The notes under the pieces were generated by a model. That model was given only the letters and a program-made list of their open reading frames with translations, was not told the origin of the DNA and searched no databases. Position numbers and translations under genes: made by a program. 64,000 bases of DNA from Thermoanaerobaculia bacterium (lineage in GTDB: Bacteria > Acidobacteriota > Thermoanaerobaculia > Multivoradales > JAGPDF01), in the NCBI GenBank assembly GCA_963712855.1, contig CAVQJN010000001.1:742747-806746 (forward strand). Reading direction: 5' to 3'. Below are positions 38,658 through 50,100 of this stretch, piece by piece (the first letter of the stretch is position 1; every line of letters starts with the position of its first letter).

Positions 38658-39917
38658 GTGCCCCTCGCACCGAGACCCTTCATGTCATCTCTTCTTCAGA
38701 CTGAGCTCGCCTCGCGACACCTGTGCAATGCTTGCATTGTTGACCGACAGTTCCTAAGGGGCACCCTCCAGCAGCAGCGAGCTAAAGCTCGACATGCACT
38801 CCAACTGGTCGATCTCTACTGTGGAGCCGGGGGACTCTCTCTGGGAGCCGCGATTGCGGCGCGGCGCTACGCCACTAACGTCGACGTGCGTCTAGCCGCC
38901 GACTCGTGGCAGCCAGCCATCGACGTTTATTGCAGCAATTTCGAGATTGAGCAGGCACGAGTCGCCGCGGTAGAGGATCTCTTCGATGGCGAGCTTGGCT
39001 CTACCCGCCGAACTCGAAGTGAGAGAGCGCTACGCGACAGTGTCGGTCCGGTCGGTCTTCTGGTTGGTGGTCCGCCCTGCCAGGGATACTCGGATCTCAA
39101 CAACCACAGCCGCCGGCGTGATCCCAGGAATCGCCTGTATGCCCGAATGGCGAGGGCCGCAGAGGTCCTGACGCCCAAGGTGATCGTGATCGAAAACGTG
39201 CCAGCTGTTATCCACGACGACGAGAACGTCGTCGCCGTCACGAGCTCGGCGCTCGATGACGCTGGCTACGATGTAATGGGACAAGTCTTCGACATGAGCG
39301 CACTTGGCTTGCCCCAGACTCGCAGACGCCATCTGCTCCTTGGAGTCCAGCGAGGTTTGGGCAGGGCGAGAGTCATGCTCGACGCCATCGCCCCAAACTG
39401 CCCTGTCCACCAGCCAAGAACTGTTCGGTGGGCGATCGAGGATCTCGCAAGGCTGGTGCCGAAGAGTCTCTTCGACCAGCCCAGCCGCAACAGTAGAGAG
39501 AACTCCGCGCGCATCCAATGGCTCATGACCCATGACGCATACGATCTGCCCAATCGAATGAGGCCGCGCTGCCACCGCGGTGAGCATTCCTACAAATCGA
39601 TGTACGGGCGCCTTCGCTGGGACGCGCCTGCGCAGACGATCACGACAGGTTTCGGATCGATGGGACAGGGGCGATACGTGCATCCGAGCGAGGCCCGGAC
39701 GATCACACCGCATGAAGCGGCGCGTCTCCAGTCGTTCCCGGATAGCTTCTCGTTCGCGGCGGCACCCAACCGTGGCGCTCTCGCCCAATTGATCGGCAAC
39801 GCCGTTCCCCCACTCTTCGCCGCTGCCGTGATCTCCACCATCCTCTCGACGCTATTTCCCGGGTCGGCTCGCCGCATCACACGCCGCCCCCCCCAAGGCA
39901 CCGCACGCAATGGCTAA
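38658..39917 (+). CDS. dcm: DNA (cytosine-5)-methyltransferase
   Basis: Motif I LYCGAGGLS, motif IV GGPPCQGYS, motif VI ENV, motif X QLIGNAVPP. 419 aa. Confidence 0.9.
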   Translation: MPLAPRPFMSSLLQTELASRHLCNACIVDRQFLRGTLQQQRAKARHALQLVDLYCGAGGLSLGAAIAARRYATNVDVRLAADSWQPAIDVYCSNFEIEQARVAAVEDLFDGELGSTRRTRSERALRDSVGPVGLLVGGPPCQGYSDLNNHSRRRDPRNRLYARMARAAEVLTPKVIVIENVPAVIHDDENVVAVTSSALDDAGYDVMGQVFDMSALGLPQTRRRHLLLGVQRGLGRARVMLDAIAPNCPVHQPRTVRWAIEDLARLVPKSLFDQPSRNSRENSARIQWLMTHDAYDLPNRMRPRCHRGEHSYKSMYGRLRWDAPAQTITTGFGSMGQGRYVHPSEARTITPHEAARLQSFPDSFSFAAAPNRGALAQLIGNAVPPLFAAAVISTILSTLFPGSARRITRRPPQGTARNG

Positions 39918-40338
39918 TCCGGGCACGCCGCGCGCCTCCTCTCTTCAGGCAGCGAAGAGGATGCGTGCAACCCGACAGCGGGACACCAAAGCAGAGATGG
40001 CCATTCGTTCAGCCCTTCACCGGATGGGTCTGCGGTATCGAGTGCAGGCGAGTCCGATTCCCGGTTCGAGGCGCCGTGCAGACATCATCTTCCTGAAGGA
40101 GAGGGTTGCCATCTTCGTCGACGGCTGCTTCTGGCACGGCTGTCCGGAGCATGCCTCGACGCCCCGCGTCAATCGCGCTTGGTGGGTGGAGAAGCTAGCG
40201 GCGAATCGACGCCGCGACCGAGATACTGACCATTGCCTGGCGGCGGCCGGTTGGACAGTCTTGCGCTTCTGGGAACACGAGGATCCTCTCGCCGTCGCCA
40301 ATGGGGTCCGAAACCTGGTGATCTCCAAGCGGAAGTGA
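39910..40338 (+). CDS. vsr: Very-short-patch repair endonuclease Vsr
   Basis: FVDGCFWHGCPEH...W and the overall 142-aa Vsr pattern. Overlaps the dcm stop by 8 bp. Confidence 0.9.
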   Translation: MANPGTPRASSLQAAKRMRATRQRDTKAEMAIRSALHRMGLRYRVQASPIPGSRRRADIIFLKERVAIFVDGCFWHGCPEHASTPRVNRAWWVEKLAANRRRDRDTDHCLAAAGWTVLRFWEHEDPLAVANGVRNLVISKRK

Positions 40339-40362
40339 ACTCTGCTCGAGGGGCCTTCGCAG

Positions 40363-42189
40363 TCAGTTCAACCCGAAGTACCGCTTGACCAACTCTCGGT
40401 CGAGTAGACGGTTCTGGAACTCGCAGCTCGTCTCCGGCAGCAGCGAACACGCGTGGCAGGCGGCCAGGTTGAGCGATCCCGGCCCCTGCCCGGCGCTCTC
40501 GCTGCAAATCGGATCCGAGGCGCACCACATGGCGTCTTCCAGAGCACGCTTAAGTATTGGTTCCAGTCTGCCCGGTTTCCCAAGTTCAACGAGGCCCCCG
40601 AGCGTACCGTCCGCGTCCCCAGCCGCGGTATAGAGGAGGATCCCGCCCATTTGCACCCCCGCGACTACCGGCGCAGAGTAGATCCGCTCTCGGATCGATG
40701 AGGCGCCATAGCCCGCCTCGAAGGCGAGGCGTTTGATCAGGAGATGGGCCAGCGTGTGGAGGAAGACGAGCTCGACGGTCGGGGGGAGGACGCACCTCCC
40801 CCATTCGTTTGCACGGCGGAGGAGATCGGCGTGCCGGTGATCAACGTGCTCGGAGAGTCCCGCCAGTTGGTCGAGATCGACCGTCAGGAAGATCCCTTCG
40901 CCATGGACGCGGAAAGCGGGGAGCCAATCCAGCGGCCGAAGACTCAGCGCCGACGGTGGCGCAGCCGAATCGTCGATGCGATGGAACCCAGTGAGTACCC
41001 TCGTCTCGGCTAATCGCTCGACGAGGCCCACGTGGGAGAAGCAGCCTCGCACCGGCTCCGAGTACTCCCGGAGGTCTTGGGGGCGGCACACTAGGAGGTC
41101 TTGGACGTCGCGACGCTCCTGGTGGAGCGCCCTGTACTCGGCATCGCGGAAGGCGATCTCGCTCTCCGGATCGTCGATCCCGCGGCCCGCCCGCAAGGCA
41201 TCGTAGGCGGCCCGGAGTTGCTCGGCGTCGACGCCTTTCATTGCGGCGATCACCCGGAAGGTACGGATATCGGGATCTCGCTCCGAGTCGAGTAGATCTC
41301 GAACTCTCGGCTCCTCGAGGATCTGTGCCACACGCGAGGAGTACGGAGGAATCAGGATCGAGCTCGCAGTTTTCGGGAAGTAGACGTTGGACGCGCCTCG
41401 TTGCAGCGCGAGGAGGTTCGACGACCCTCCAGGTTCCATGGGTCCGTTGCACGTCTCGACACCGTCCGGACCCAGCCATGGTCTCCTCCCCCGACATCGC
41501 AAGCCACGCACGCCCGTCGGGCTCGTCGAGCCCATGAGAGAGCGACGTTTGCCGCATGTCGCGCACTCGACCAGCAAGCCACCGAGACCTCCCATCTTAG
41601 TGGCGAAGAAGTAGAGTCGAGGCGGACTGCACCCGGTGTCCCATTCGAGAGCGCGATCCCTCGCCGAGTGAACCCATTCGTTCCACGGGAAGTCGTCGAT
41701 GTGTCCCTGGCGACAGGCGACGACGAATCGGAGCGGCAGCATGCGCGGCCGGCGGCGGTCAGGGAGGGTCCCGCAGGGCGGCTTGCCTCGCAGCCTCGGC
41801 GACGGGTGTGAGTTGCCGCACCGAGGCGGATTGAGCGCGAAGAGCTCCACCCGCTCCAGCCAACGGCAGCGGGGACAGAAGTGCCACTGGGGAAACCGAA
41901 CGTACGGGAGCGGTGCCATCGTTCCTGGTGCGACTCCACGCTCCGGCCTGGGCGGCGGCGTCAGGAAGTGACGCACCCCAAGCCGCGCGGCAAGTCGTTG
42001 GTCGAACAGCTTCGGCGCTTCGTTCGTCGGCCAGACGTCGATACCTGCCGCCATTAGTGCCTCGTCCTCGAACTCAACGATCGCCCCGACGCCGAACGGG
42101 ACGATCGACTGTGTGCGGCGCGTCGCGCGGCGCGTCACACGGCACCCCCTCGACCGGCGCCGTAACGCGGGACGACGTCGGCTCCGCAC
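40363..42189 (-). CDS. DUF1998-domain protein (DISARM DrmB-like)
   Basis: C-terminal ...GSLNLAACHACSLLPETSCEFQNRLLDR is the DUF1998 Cys4 motif, and additional Cys clusters occur in the N-terminal half. Last gene of the minus-strand operon; the start may be slightly internal to 42189. Confidence 0.7.
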   Translation of the reverse strand: MRSRRRPALRRRSRGCRVTRRATRRTQSIVPFGVGAIVEFEDEALMAAGIDVWPTNEAPKLFDQRLAARLGVRHFLTPPPRPERGVAPGTMAPLPYVRFPQWHFCPRCRWLERVELFALNPPRCGNSHPSPRLRGKPPCGTLPDRRRPRMLPLRFVVACRQGHIDDFPWNEWVHSARDRALEWDTGCSPPRLYFFATKMGGLGGLLVECATCGKRRSLMGSTSPTGVRGLRCRGRRPWLGPDGVETCNGPMEPGGSSNLLALQRGASNVYFPKTASSILIPPYSSRVAQILEEPRVRDLLDSERDPDIRTFRVIAAMKGVDAEQLRAAYDALRAGRGIDDPESEIAFRDAEYRALHQERRDVQDLLVCRPQDLREYSEPVRGCFSHVGLVERLAETRVLTGFHRIDDSAAPPSALSLRPLDWLPAFRVHGEGIFLTVDLDQLAGLSEHVDHRHADLLRRANEWGRCVLPPTVELVFLHTLAHLLIKRLAFEAGYGASSIRERIYSAPVVAGVQMGGILLYTAAGDADGTLGGLVELGKPGRLEPILKRALEDAMWCASDPICSESAGQGPGSLNLAACHACSLLPETSCEFQNRLLDRELVKRYFGLN

Positions 42190-45100
42190 TCCACGTCAAC
42201 GTTCCGCATCGAGCTGAGCGTCTCCCAACTCTCCTCCTCGCCCTCTCTAGCCACGGTCCCGGCGACCCGCATGAGGACTCGCATGTCCTGGGGTGGGCCG
42301 AAGGTTCCCCACGATGCGGCAGAGCTCTCCTCCCACTCCTGGAGCCGCCTCGCCAAGACCTCTTCGAACTCCCGGTAGTGCTCTGGGTCGATGCGCCTCA
42401 CCCGCTCGCGGATCCGGTCGATCGCTGCGGCGAACGCTGGATCCGAAGCATCGAAGTCCCTCGGCGTGGCCCAGCCGGCGGCGTGCCGGCCGGCGATCAC
42501 CAGTACGGCGTGGAGAGCTCGGTCAAGCGACGGCACGGAATAGGGCGTGACGCTCGTCGGCTCGACGTCGCGATAGAACGCCTCGTGGAAACTGCGGAAC
42601 TGCTCGTAATGCGAGCGGTCTCGCGGCCGGTTGGCATTGTAGAGCGTGAGAATCAGGCCCGGGCCCTTGCTCGAGCGCCCGACGCGGCTGCTCGCCTGGA
42701 TGTACTCCGCGGTGCTCTTCGGCTGGGTCACGATCATCATCAGTCCGAGTCGGTCGACGTCGACGCCGACCGAGATCATATTGGTGGCGAGGACCGTGTC
42801 CAGGGCCTGGTTGCCCCATTGCGCGCCCTTCGTGTACGGCACCTCCAATCGCTTCAAGATCCTCGGGATCTCCTCCTGGTCCTTGCGGCTCGTCAGCTCC
42901 TCTGCGATCCGCATATAGCGGCGCTCGTCGGCGCCGAGCCCGTAACGACGGTGCATGGTCGGCAGGAATTCCGGGATGTCCGAGGTGATGAAGGTCGCTG
43001 CCCGCCCGAGCTCGCGCAGGCTCGAGTAGTATTGGATCAGGGTCCAATAGGGATCAACGATCCCGTCGGGCGCCGCGCCCCCGGCAACGATCGGCACGCC
43101 CTGCTGCATGGCGACGACGGCCCGGATCTGGGCCGTCAGCGGCGAGGAGGCCGCTGTCGGCAACAGGCCGAGGTAGATCCTCCCTGGCTGGTTTGCGTCT
43201 TCGATCGCAAAGTAGGAATCCGAGGCCTCCAGCCCGGGAGGCGGAAACTGGAAGAGCTCGCGGTCGAAGAGCGCCCTCGCCTGCCGGCCCGCGTGCCGGA
43301 TGGTCGCTGTGGAGGCGATGATCTTCGGTCGGTGCGTGCCGCGCGAGCAGAGATGGTCGATGATGCCCTCGTATGCGCCGACGATCGACCCCAGCGGCCC
43401 CGAGATCAGGTGGAGCTCATCCTGGATGATGAGATCGGGCCCTGCGCCGATCCCGAAGATTGCCCCGGCCTGCTCACGCCAAGCGAGCATCGCAAACTTG
43501 TCGACCGTACCGATGAGGAGCGTCGGCGGGGCGCGATAGATCGATTCGTCGACCACGCAGATCGGGAGGCGATTTGCGATCTCGGAGAAGGGACAGGGCC
43601 CAACCTCGTCTCCTCGACTCGGGCAGACGAAGATCTGCCGGCCGCCACGGTCGAGGTATCCCAGGCGCTCCAGGTTGTCCATCTCCGTGCCACACCATGG
43701 ACACGAGAGCAGTTGGAACGGGTTCTTGGCATCCCAGGCACGTGCCTGCAGTCGGCTGAGCATTCGAAGCGCATCTCCCTCGTTGTTCGGAGTGAGTGAC
43801 AACCCGACCCAGAGTCCGATGGAGATCGGTTCGATGCCGAAGCTCTCTGGCGCCTCGCGTCGGATCAGCTCGCAAGCGCACACCAGCGACGCCGCTCGCT
43901 GGAACTGCTGGCTCGTCAGGAGGCGCAAGGTGTAGCGCATCAAAACTCGACAACCCCGGCGCTCGGGATCGTCGAGCCGACCGCGAAGAATTGCGAAGGC
44001 TGAGGCACCCAAGTACGCCTCGGTCTTGCCGCCGCCCGTCGGGAACCAAATGAGGTCCACGAGCTCGCGATTCGGCGGCCCGAGCTCGCGAGCCACCCAA
44101 GAGTCGGGGTCGCTCACGAGACCAGGCAGCACCATCAGCAGGAAGCCGAGCTGGAACGACCGCCAGTGGCCAGAGCGTGACTCCCAATCGGACCGATAGT
44201 CCCGCTTGCCGGGAAGCGGAACCCAGGGGTCGTCGAGCTTCCGTCGCAATCGGGAGTGATAATGCTGCATCAGCATCGCCCGGTTCATGGCCATGAAGGC
44301 GCTCATCGATCTCAGGTCCGACTCCAGGAGCTCGATACCGCTCCGCATCCTCCCCAGCGCCTCTCGACAGCGCTCGACGTTCGAGCACGCGACCGGCTGC
44401 AATCGGTCCTCGAGATCCACGACCCGCGCTTCCAGGTCAACGATCCACGCTTCGTACTCGTGGCAGAACTCGTAGAGGGCCGCCGGGATCTCGCGGCCCG
44501 GATCGCCGTCGCAATCGCCTGCCAAGAACTGCATGCTCAGATAGCGCTCCCCGCTCGCCTTTGGCACGATCGGGGCGACCTCGACCACCGGTATCGTCGC
44601 CGTGCGTAGCTCCGTCGCTCGCTCGCCTCGGCAGGAGGTCCAGTCCGCGGCACAGCCGTGACCGATGGCGAAGACGCGGCGCTCTCTGTAGAGCATCTCG
44701 AGAGCCAGTTCCTCGAGCTCGTCGCTTCGGCCCTCCGGGCTTCGATACTCGACGAACGCCGGGCGACCGTCTCGTGCACGGACGGAGAGACCGACCTGAA
44801 AGAACATCTGACCTCGTTGCCCCTTCGTGCGGTTGTAGACGCTCAGAGTCACCAGTCGCTGCCCGCTCTCTCGTCGCCGGCTCACGACTCGGAGGCGAAG
44901 ACCGGGCACGACTTCTAGGTCCTGGACCGGTTCAGCCGTGGGATCCACGCTCTGCGGTTCGATTCCCAGTGGCCGGCGATGCCAAGACGTTCGCTCTCGC
45001 CCCTCAATCGTTTCAGTATGGCTATCGTAGACAGCAGCCGAGACCTCGACGACGAGCCCCCCCTCGGGCGGATCCAACAGAAAGCTCAGAGCCATCGCCG

Positions 45101-45419
45101 AGGGGCGGTACTGATTGGCGAGGGTCACCCCGTCGTCATAGACGTCCCGCGCCTCCCGCGCCTCACCCTCTCCGGGCTCGAACTCGACCTCGGCCGCCTC
45201 AAGCTCGATTGGTTCGCCGTCGGCTTCGCCGGTCTCGCCCTCGACGCCGGCGATCGCGTCCGACTCGTTGCTCGTCGACTCCTGCGGGAACAGGACCCCA
45301 GCGAGATAGCGAATCGCCGGGGGCTCCTCAAGCGTCTCGCCGATACCCTGCGCCGGCCCGACGAGGTCCCTCACCAGGAACTCGACGAGGCCCAGGCGAA
45401 ACTCGCTGGGGTCGTTCAT
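42135..45419 (-). CDS. SF2 DExH-box helicase with ~450-aa N-terminal domain (DISARM DrmA-like)
   Basis: Motif I FPTGGGKTEAYLG, motif II DELHLISGP, motif III IASTAT, motif VI IQASSRVGRS. Start overlaps the stop of the upstream gene (ATGA at 45416-45419). Confidence 0.7.
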   Translation of the reverse strand: MNDPSEFRLGLVEFLVRDLVGPAQGIGETLEEPPAIRYLAGVLFPQESTSNESDAIAGVEGETGEADGEPIELEAAEVEFEPGEGEAREARDVYDDGVTLANQYRPSAMALSFLLDPPEGGLVVEVSAAVYDSHTETIEGRERTSWHRRPLGIEPQSVDPTAEPVQDLEVVPGLRLRVVSRRRESGQRLVTLSVYNRTKGQRGQMFFQVGLSVRARDGRPAFVEYRSPEGRSDELEELALEMLYRERRVFAIGHGCAADWTSCRGERATELRTATIPVVEVAPIVPKASGERYLSMQFLAGDCDGDPGREIPAALYEFCHEYEAWIVDLEARVVDLEDRLQPVACSNVERCREALGRMRSGIELLESDLRSMSAFMAMNRAMLMQHYHSRLRRKLDDPWVPLPGKRDYRSDWESRSGHWRSFQLGFLLMVLPGLVSDPDSWVARELGPPNRELVDLIWFPTGGGKTEAYLGASAFAILRGRLDDPERRGCRVLMRYTLRLLTSQQFQRAASLVCACELIRREAPESFGIEPISIGLWVGLSLTPNNEGDALRMLSRLQARAWDAKNPFQLLSCPWCGTEMDNLERLGYLDRGGRQIFVCPSRGDEVGPCPFSEIANRLPICVVDESIYRAPPTLLIGTVDKFAMLAWREQAGAIFGIGAGPDLIIQDELHLISGPLGSIVGAYEGIIDHLCSRGTHRPKIIASTATIRHAGRQARALFDRELFQFPPPGLEASDSYFAIEDANQPGRIYLGLLPTAASSPLTAQIRAVVAMQQGVPIVAGGAAPDGIVDPYWTLIQYYSSLRELGRAATFITSDIPEFLPTMHRRYGLGADERRYMRIAEELTSRKDQEEIPRILKRLEVPYTKGAQWGNQALDTVLATNMISVGVDVDRLGLMMIVTQPKSTAEYIQASSRVGRSSKGPGLILTLYNANRPRDRSHYEQFRSFHEAFYRDVEPTSVTPYSVPSLDRALHAVLVIAGRHAAGWATPRDFDASDPAFAAAIDRIRERVRRIDPEHYREFEEVLARRLQEWEESSAASWGTFGPPQDMRVLMRVAGTVAREGEEESWETLSSMRNVDVECGADVVPRYGAGRGGAV

Positions 45420-47182
45420 CGTATCGCCTCGCTCTGTCCAAACGATCTCTCGATCTCAGCTTCTAACCTCTCATGACGCCGTGCCTCGCAGTCCTCACGA
45501 AGGATCGTGACGAGGCGGTAGCGGGCGCGCGACATTCCGACATAGGCGATCGAACGCCACCAGTCGTCGTCGATTTCATCGAGACCCGCCAAGATCACAA
45601 CGTCATTCTCAAGCCCCTTGAAGCTCGACACGGTCGACCAGGTACCCGCCACGCCCTTCCCCGACGAACGGCCCTGGTGCGTCCTGCCCTCGTATCGCCG
45701 GAGGCCCATCCCTTCGAGGAGAACCTCCTCGTTCGGCTTGGGAGTTCGGGGGAGGAGCACCGAGAGCCTCTCGCTCGTCAGCTCCTGGGGGCCCAATCTG
45801 GCGACGACCTCGCGGAGCACCTCGAATTGGCCCTTGCGGTCTCGATAGGTCACGAATTCGACCGGCGGACCTTCCGCGCGTGCCTCGCACCGCACCCGTG
45901 GATTCGCGACGACGTGCGTCTGAATGGCAATCGGCCGCGTGTTCCGGCAGTTGGCGGTCAAGAGGTGGGTCGGGGCCAGGCTCCGGATTCGCGTCAGCAA
46001 GTCTTCGTCCAGTCGGCCGTAGACACACGCCTGGTTGTTGATGTCCATGAACAGTCGCCAGCGGCCCGACTCGAGCCCACCGAAAACGAGGAACGACAGG
46101 ACCTCGAAAACGCTGGGACCGAGGACGTCCTGGGCTTCGTCGATGATCAAGACGTCATACGGCGCCAGGACCTCCTCCAGGCAAGCGAAACCCGCGTACT
46201 CCGGATAGAGAAGCTCGAAGACAAGCGCGGGATCCATCGAGCTCGATCGGCGCACGAACTCCTCCTCGAGCGACGAGCGCTCGATCAGGCGCCGGAACAG
46301 GGCGTGGACCGTCTGGACCTCGACGCTCCCGGAGAACCGCTCGCCGTCGACCAGACTCCGGAGTCGACCTGCCAGGAACCGATTGAAGCAAAGCAGCAAA
46401 GCGCGACGGCCTTGGCGCGCCTCGCGCCGAGCAGCTTCGGCAGCCAAAATCGTCTTGCCCGAGCCAGCGGCGCCCTCGACCAGCAATCGGGGCGCTTCGG
46501 CAGCGACCTCGAGGACTACGGCCTGTTCCCGAGTCAACGACGCGAGTCGTTCCAGCGTGTCCTCGACGACGATGTCCATCGACGGAACGAGGTCGAAATC
46601 GCCGCGGGCGAGTTCGACGGTCGCCTGTATCTCCCGCAGAGTGAGCCGCGCAGTTGTTCGTCCCGCCTTCCTCTCGGCGAACCGCGCTAGCCGTTCGAGG
46701 TACGCGCCAAACGGCGCGTGCCGGTCGCGTACGTCGAAGACGAGCTCGGAATCGCCCTCAGGCCCCATTGAAGCGAACTCAATGTCCGGCAGGACGACTC
46801 CGTAGGCGAAGAGCGGCCCCCGGGCGGACTCACCCGCGACCCGCTCGCGCAGGATGCGCTCGAGTGCGAACATCGCGCTCGCCGCCTGGTCAAACGGGCC
46901 CTCGGCGCGGCGATGCTCCTGGCCGTATCGGTCCGTAAAGATCCAGATGCCCGCCTCGCGCCGGATGCGCCCACCCTTGACCTCCAGAACGAAGACGCCG
47001 CGCGGCGCCACGATCAGGAAGTCGATCTCGGCTCGACGCTTGGTCGGATGGCGCGCCAACCCGAGCGAGTGGAGGCACACCCACTCCTCCGACCCAACGC
47101 TCGTTTCGATCGTTCGGAAGATCCTCCTCTCGGCGCCACTGCGGACGCGAGAGTGGATGGTCGCCGGAATCATCCGCGCCAT
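45416..47182 (-). CDS. NERD-domain / UvrD-like (SF1) helicase fusion protein
   Basis: N-terminal NERD (…EIDFLIVAPRGVFVLEVKGG…), Walker A GAAGSGKT, motif II VLIIDEAQD, and C-terminal UvrD_C-like …KGLENDVVIL…YVGMSRAR. Confidence 0.65.
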   Translation of the reverse strand: MARMIPATIHSRVRSGAERRIFRTIETSVGSEEWVCLHSLGLARHPTKRRAEIDFLIVAPRGVFVLEVKGGRIRREAGIWIFTDRYGQEHRRAEGPFDQAASAMFALERILRERVAGESARGPLFAYGVVLPDIEFASMGPEGDSELVFDVRDRHAPFGAYLERLARFAERKAGRTTARLTLREIQATVELARGDFDLVPSMDIVVEDTLERLASLTREQAVVLEVAAEAPRLLVEGAAGSGKTILAAEAARREARQGRRALLLCFNRFLAGRLRSLVDGERFSGSVEVQTVHALFRRLIERSSLEEEFVRRSSSMDPALVFELLYPEYAGFACLEEVLAPYDVLIIDEAQDVLGPSVFEVLSFLVFGGLESGRWRLFMDINNQACVYGRLDEDLLTRIRSLAPTHLLTANCRNTRPIAIQTHVVANPRVRCEARAEGPPVEFVTYRDRKGQFEVLREVVARLGPQELTSERLSVLLPRTPKPNEEVLLEGMGLRRYEGRTHQGRSSGKGVAGTWSTVSSFKGLENDVVILAGLDEIDDDWWRSIAYVGMSRARYRLVTILREDCEARRHERLEAEIERSFGQSEAIR

Positions 47183-50100
47183 GCGTCCTCGTGAAGCCGA
47201 TTCGCCATAGACAATGGTACCGTCACTATCTCGGGATCAACCGACTCGATGACAACGAGTACGACCCGTTCCTCGATCTCAAGCACCTCATCGAGGACAG
47301 AGCCGCCCCGCAACCGATTCCGAACGCGAGCGACAACCTCTTGTGTGAGCTCATGTCCACACTTCTGGTGCAGCCGCCAAAGTGTCTCGATGGCTCGTTT
47401 GCAGGCAGCGAGGTCGGTCTGGAGACCACGGTCGCACGTCACCCGCAAGATGGCTTCCAGGTCCCTGTCGAAATCCCGAGGGCCGATCACCGTCTCGTCC
47501 TCCACCCAGCCTCGTAGGGTGGCCACCGTTCGTTTGCAGCCCTCCCTGGCGAGCTGGCGCTGGAGCTCCTGATATGAAAGGCCCGCGCGGAGCGCTCGTT
47601 CGAGCGCATCACGCCATGCTGCCGCCTGGTCGCGCAGCCCAGCCGGCGCGACGCGATCGACCGCGTCGCGGATCGCGTCTCGATCGCTTCCTCGCACGAG
47701 CAGCACGAGATCACCGGCACCAACCTCCGCAGCACGCTGCGGAACGAGCCGCTCCCCTGAGTCGCCGTCCACCTCCGTCGAGAGCAGCAACAACACGCGA
47801 TGTTCGGGCGTAAAGGCTGCCCAACCTCCACCAGCAAAGTAGACGAGCCGAGCCTCCACCGTCCGGTCATTTGCCAGGCCCAGCTGCTGAATTGCCCGAA
47901 TACGCCGACCGCGCAGGGCGATTTCGTCTGGGTCGGGCAGAATGATCGACGCTGACTCGGCGCCCTTCGGGTCGACTAGCGCCTGTCGCCGCACCGCACG
48001 GAAGGGGCGTTGGCGCTCCGTGAGCTCCCGAACTTCCGCAGCCGCTCGCGACGCCCTCGCGTTCGATCTCTCGAGCCATCCGAGCTCGGACTTGTAGAGG
48101 AGGAGTGTCATAGAACGAGCAATCGGCGGATACAGAAGCCTTTCCATGCGCTGCCGCCCGTACCAGGCTGGGACCAGGATCGGAGTCTCGGGATCGTCAG
48201 AATGCGGTCGGTCGAGCCACTGCAACTCGGGGGGTGTTGCGAGCTCGTTGAGGAATGTCCGGTCCTGACCAGGGACCGCCACGAGTCCTCCAGGGTGGTC
48301 GAATGACCAAGCCATTGCAGCCTCGAACTTTGGGTTGTTCCACTGCAGTGACTCGATCGCCTCGTGTGCACTCGCGAAAATACAATCGAATTGCTCCTTC
48401 CACTCGTCCCGCCACCACAGCTGTCTTTGGCGGACCGCCGCAGCCAGTTCGGTCCAGAGCTCCTGGAGCTGCTTCCACGTCGACCGGCCTGAAGGCGCAA
48501 GGAACCGGCAGATTCGAACGAGCGCCCCGATGCACTCGCTACAAGTCTCGGCCAGTGTCTCTACCTTCTCCCGTCGCGCCAGCGACTCGAGCTCCACAGC
48601 CGCTTCGAAGGCATGTTCGAGCCCAGGCAAATCGAGAGCGATGGATTTTGTCTGTGATCCCGAGCGACGACGGAACTCCCGTTCGAAATTTTGAACGACG
48701 GCTGGACCGTCGCTTCCCCTGGGCTGGGGCCACTCTAGGTTGCCAAGCCACTCGTCGCTCCACGTCCAGAATCCAAAGCCAGCTCTGGAGAACTGCTGCA
48801 GCGCCTCGCCATCGTGCTCGCTCGTGATCGCAAGTACCCGGCGGCCATCGCTAGCGATGCGGCAGAGGTTGGCGGCGTCTCTGGTCCCCGCGCCCACGGG
48901 AGAAACGACCGCCGCGACGGATGCATCGCTCTCGGCAATCTCAAGCGCCTCAGCCGTACTCTGCACGACCGTGAGAATCGGAGCTCCACCCGGACCGCGA
49001 CGCGTTGTCCATGTGTCGCGGATGAAACGACCATCTGCTAGACGTTCCCGGGAAATCGGCAGGAGATCAACGATCGGCGAGCCGAGAATCTTCAGCTCGC
49101 TCGCGAGATGCCTCGTCTCACCCGCAGGTCCAACAAAGAGGATCCGATTTCGCTCCGTGCGAAGTATCGCCGGCGATGGAAGCCCGAATATTTTTTCAAG
49201 AGTTCCGACCGGCTTCTTCGCCAGATTGAAGGCCACCCGGCCACCCTTCAACGCGTTGATTGCCTTCGCTCGACGAAGGCTTCGAATATCCTGAATTCGA
49301 TGAAACCTATGAATCGAATTCCCCTTCTTCCCAAGCTGGAGGAGCTCGAAATGTGTAGCCTCACCGGGGTCACACTCCTCCGCGTCCTCGTAGATCCGTG
49401 AGCCGTCGGGACACTTCACATACCCAACGAATTCAACCTCGCCTCTCCCTGCTGGACCGACTAGGCGCTCCCCCCGGCTAAAGGCAGGAACCGACCCCAA
49501 GTCGAGCACCCGCCTCACCTCGCTGAGAGCTCGCAATACTGCAATCAAGAACGGGAGCGGACCCAGACGCGACTGGATCAGCACCGATCCCTTCGCGCCG
49601 GTCTCAAGCACCGAATCCAGGACTAGCGCAGCGCTAACGAGGACGAACTCGGAGACGGGATAAGGATTGCTCTCCTCTCCAAGCGAGAGATCCATCACGA
49701 ACGGCCAGTCGCGAACGACGTCGTCGAGCAACGCACCGATCACCCCGCGCTCGGGATGGATCTCAGCGACGGCATGCTGGATGGCGGCTGCGTCGTCGAG
49801 CATCCCAACTGGCCCGAGATCATCTGGAATGGCGTCGGATACTTCGCTGAAGTAGGTCAGCGCAGCACGCGCAGCCTCGCAATGTCGAGGGCTCGCGCCG
49901 GGGTTCTCAAGCACTTCGACCAGAAGTCGAAGGCCCGCCGACAGCTTTCGGAAGTGATGACCGGAACGCTCGTGCTGGTCGGCGAACGCGCGCGCATTGT
50001 GGATCAGCTCCTGTTCCGAGAACGACTGGTCGCCCCGTGCTACCTCGAGCAGCGTTTCCATTTCCTCTCTCTCGGGCGCCTCAAGCTCCGGGAGCCACCA

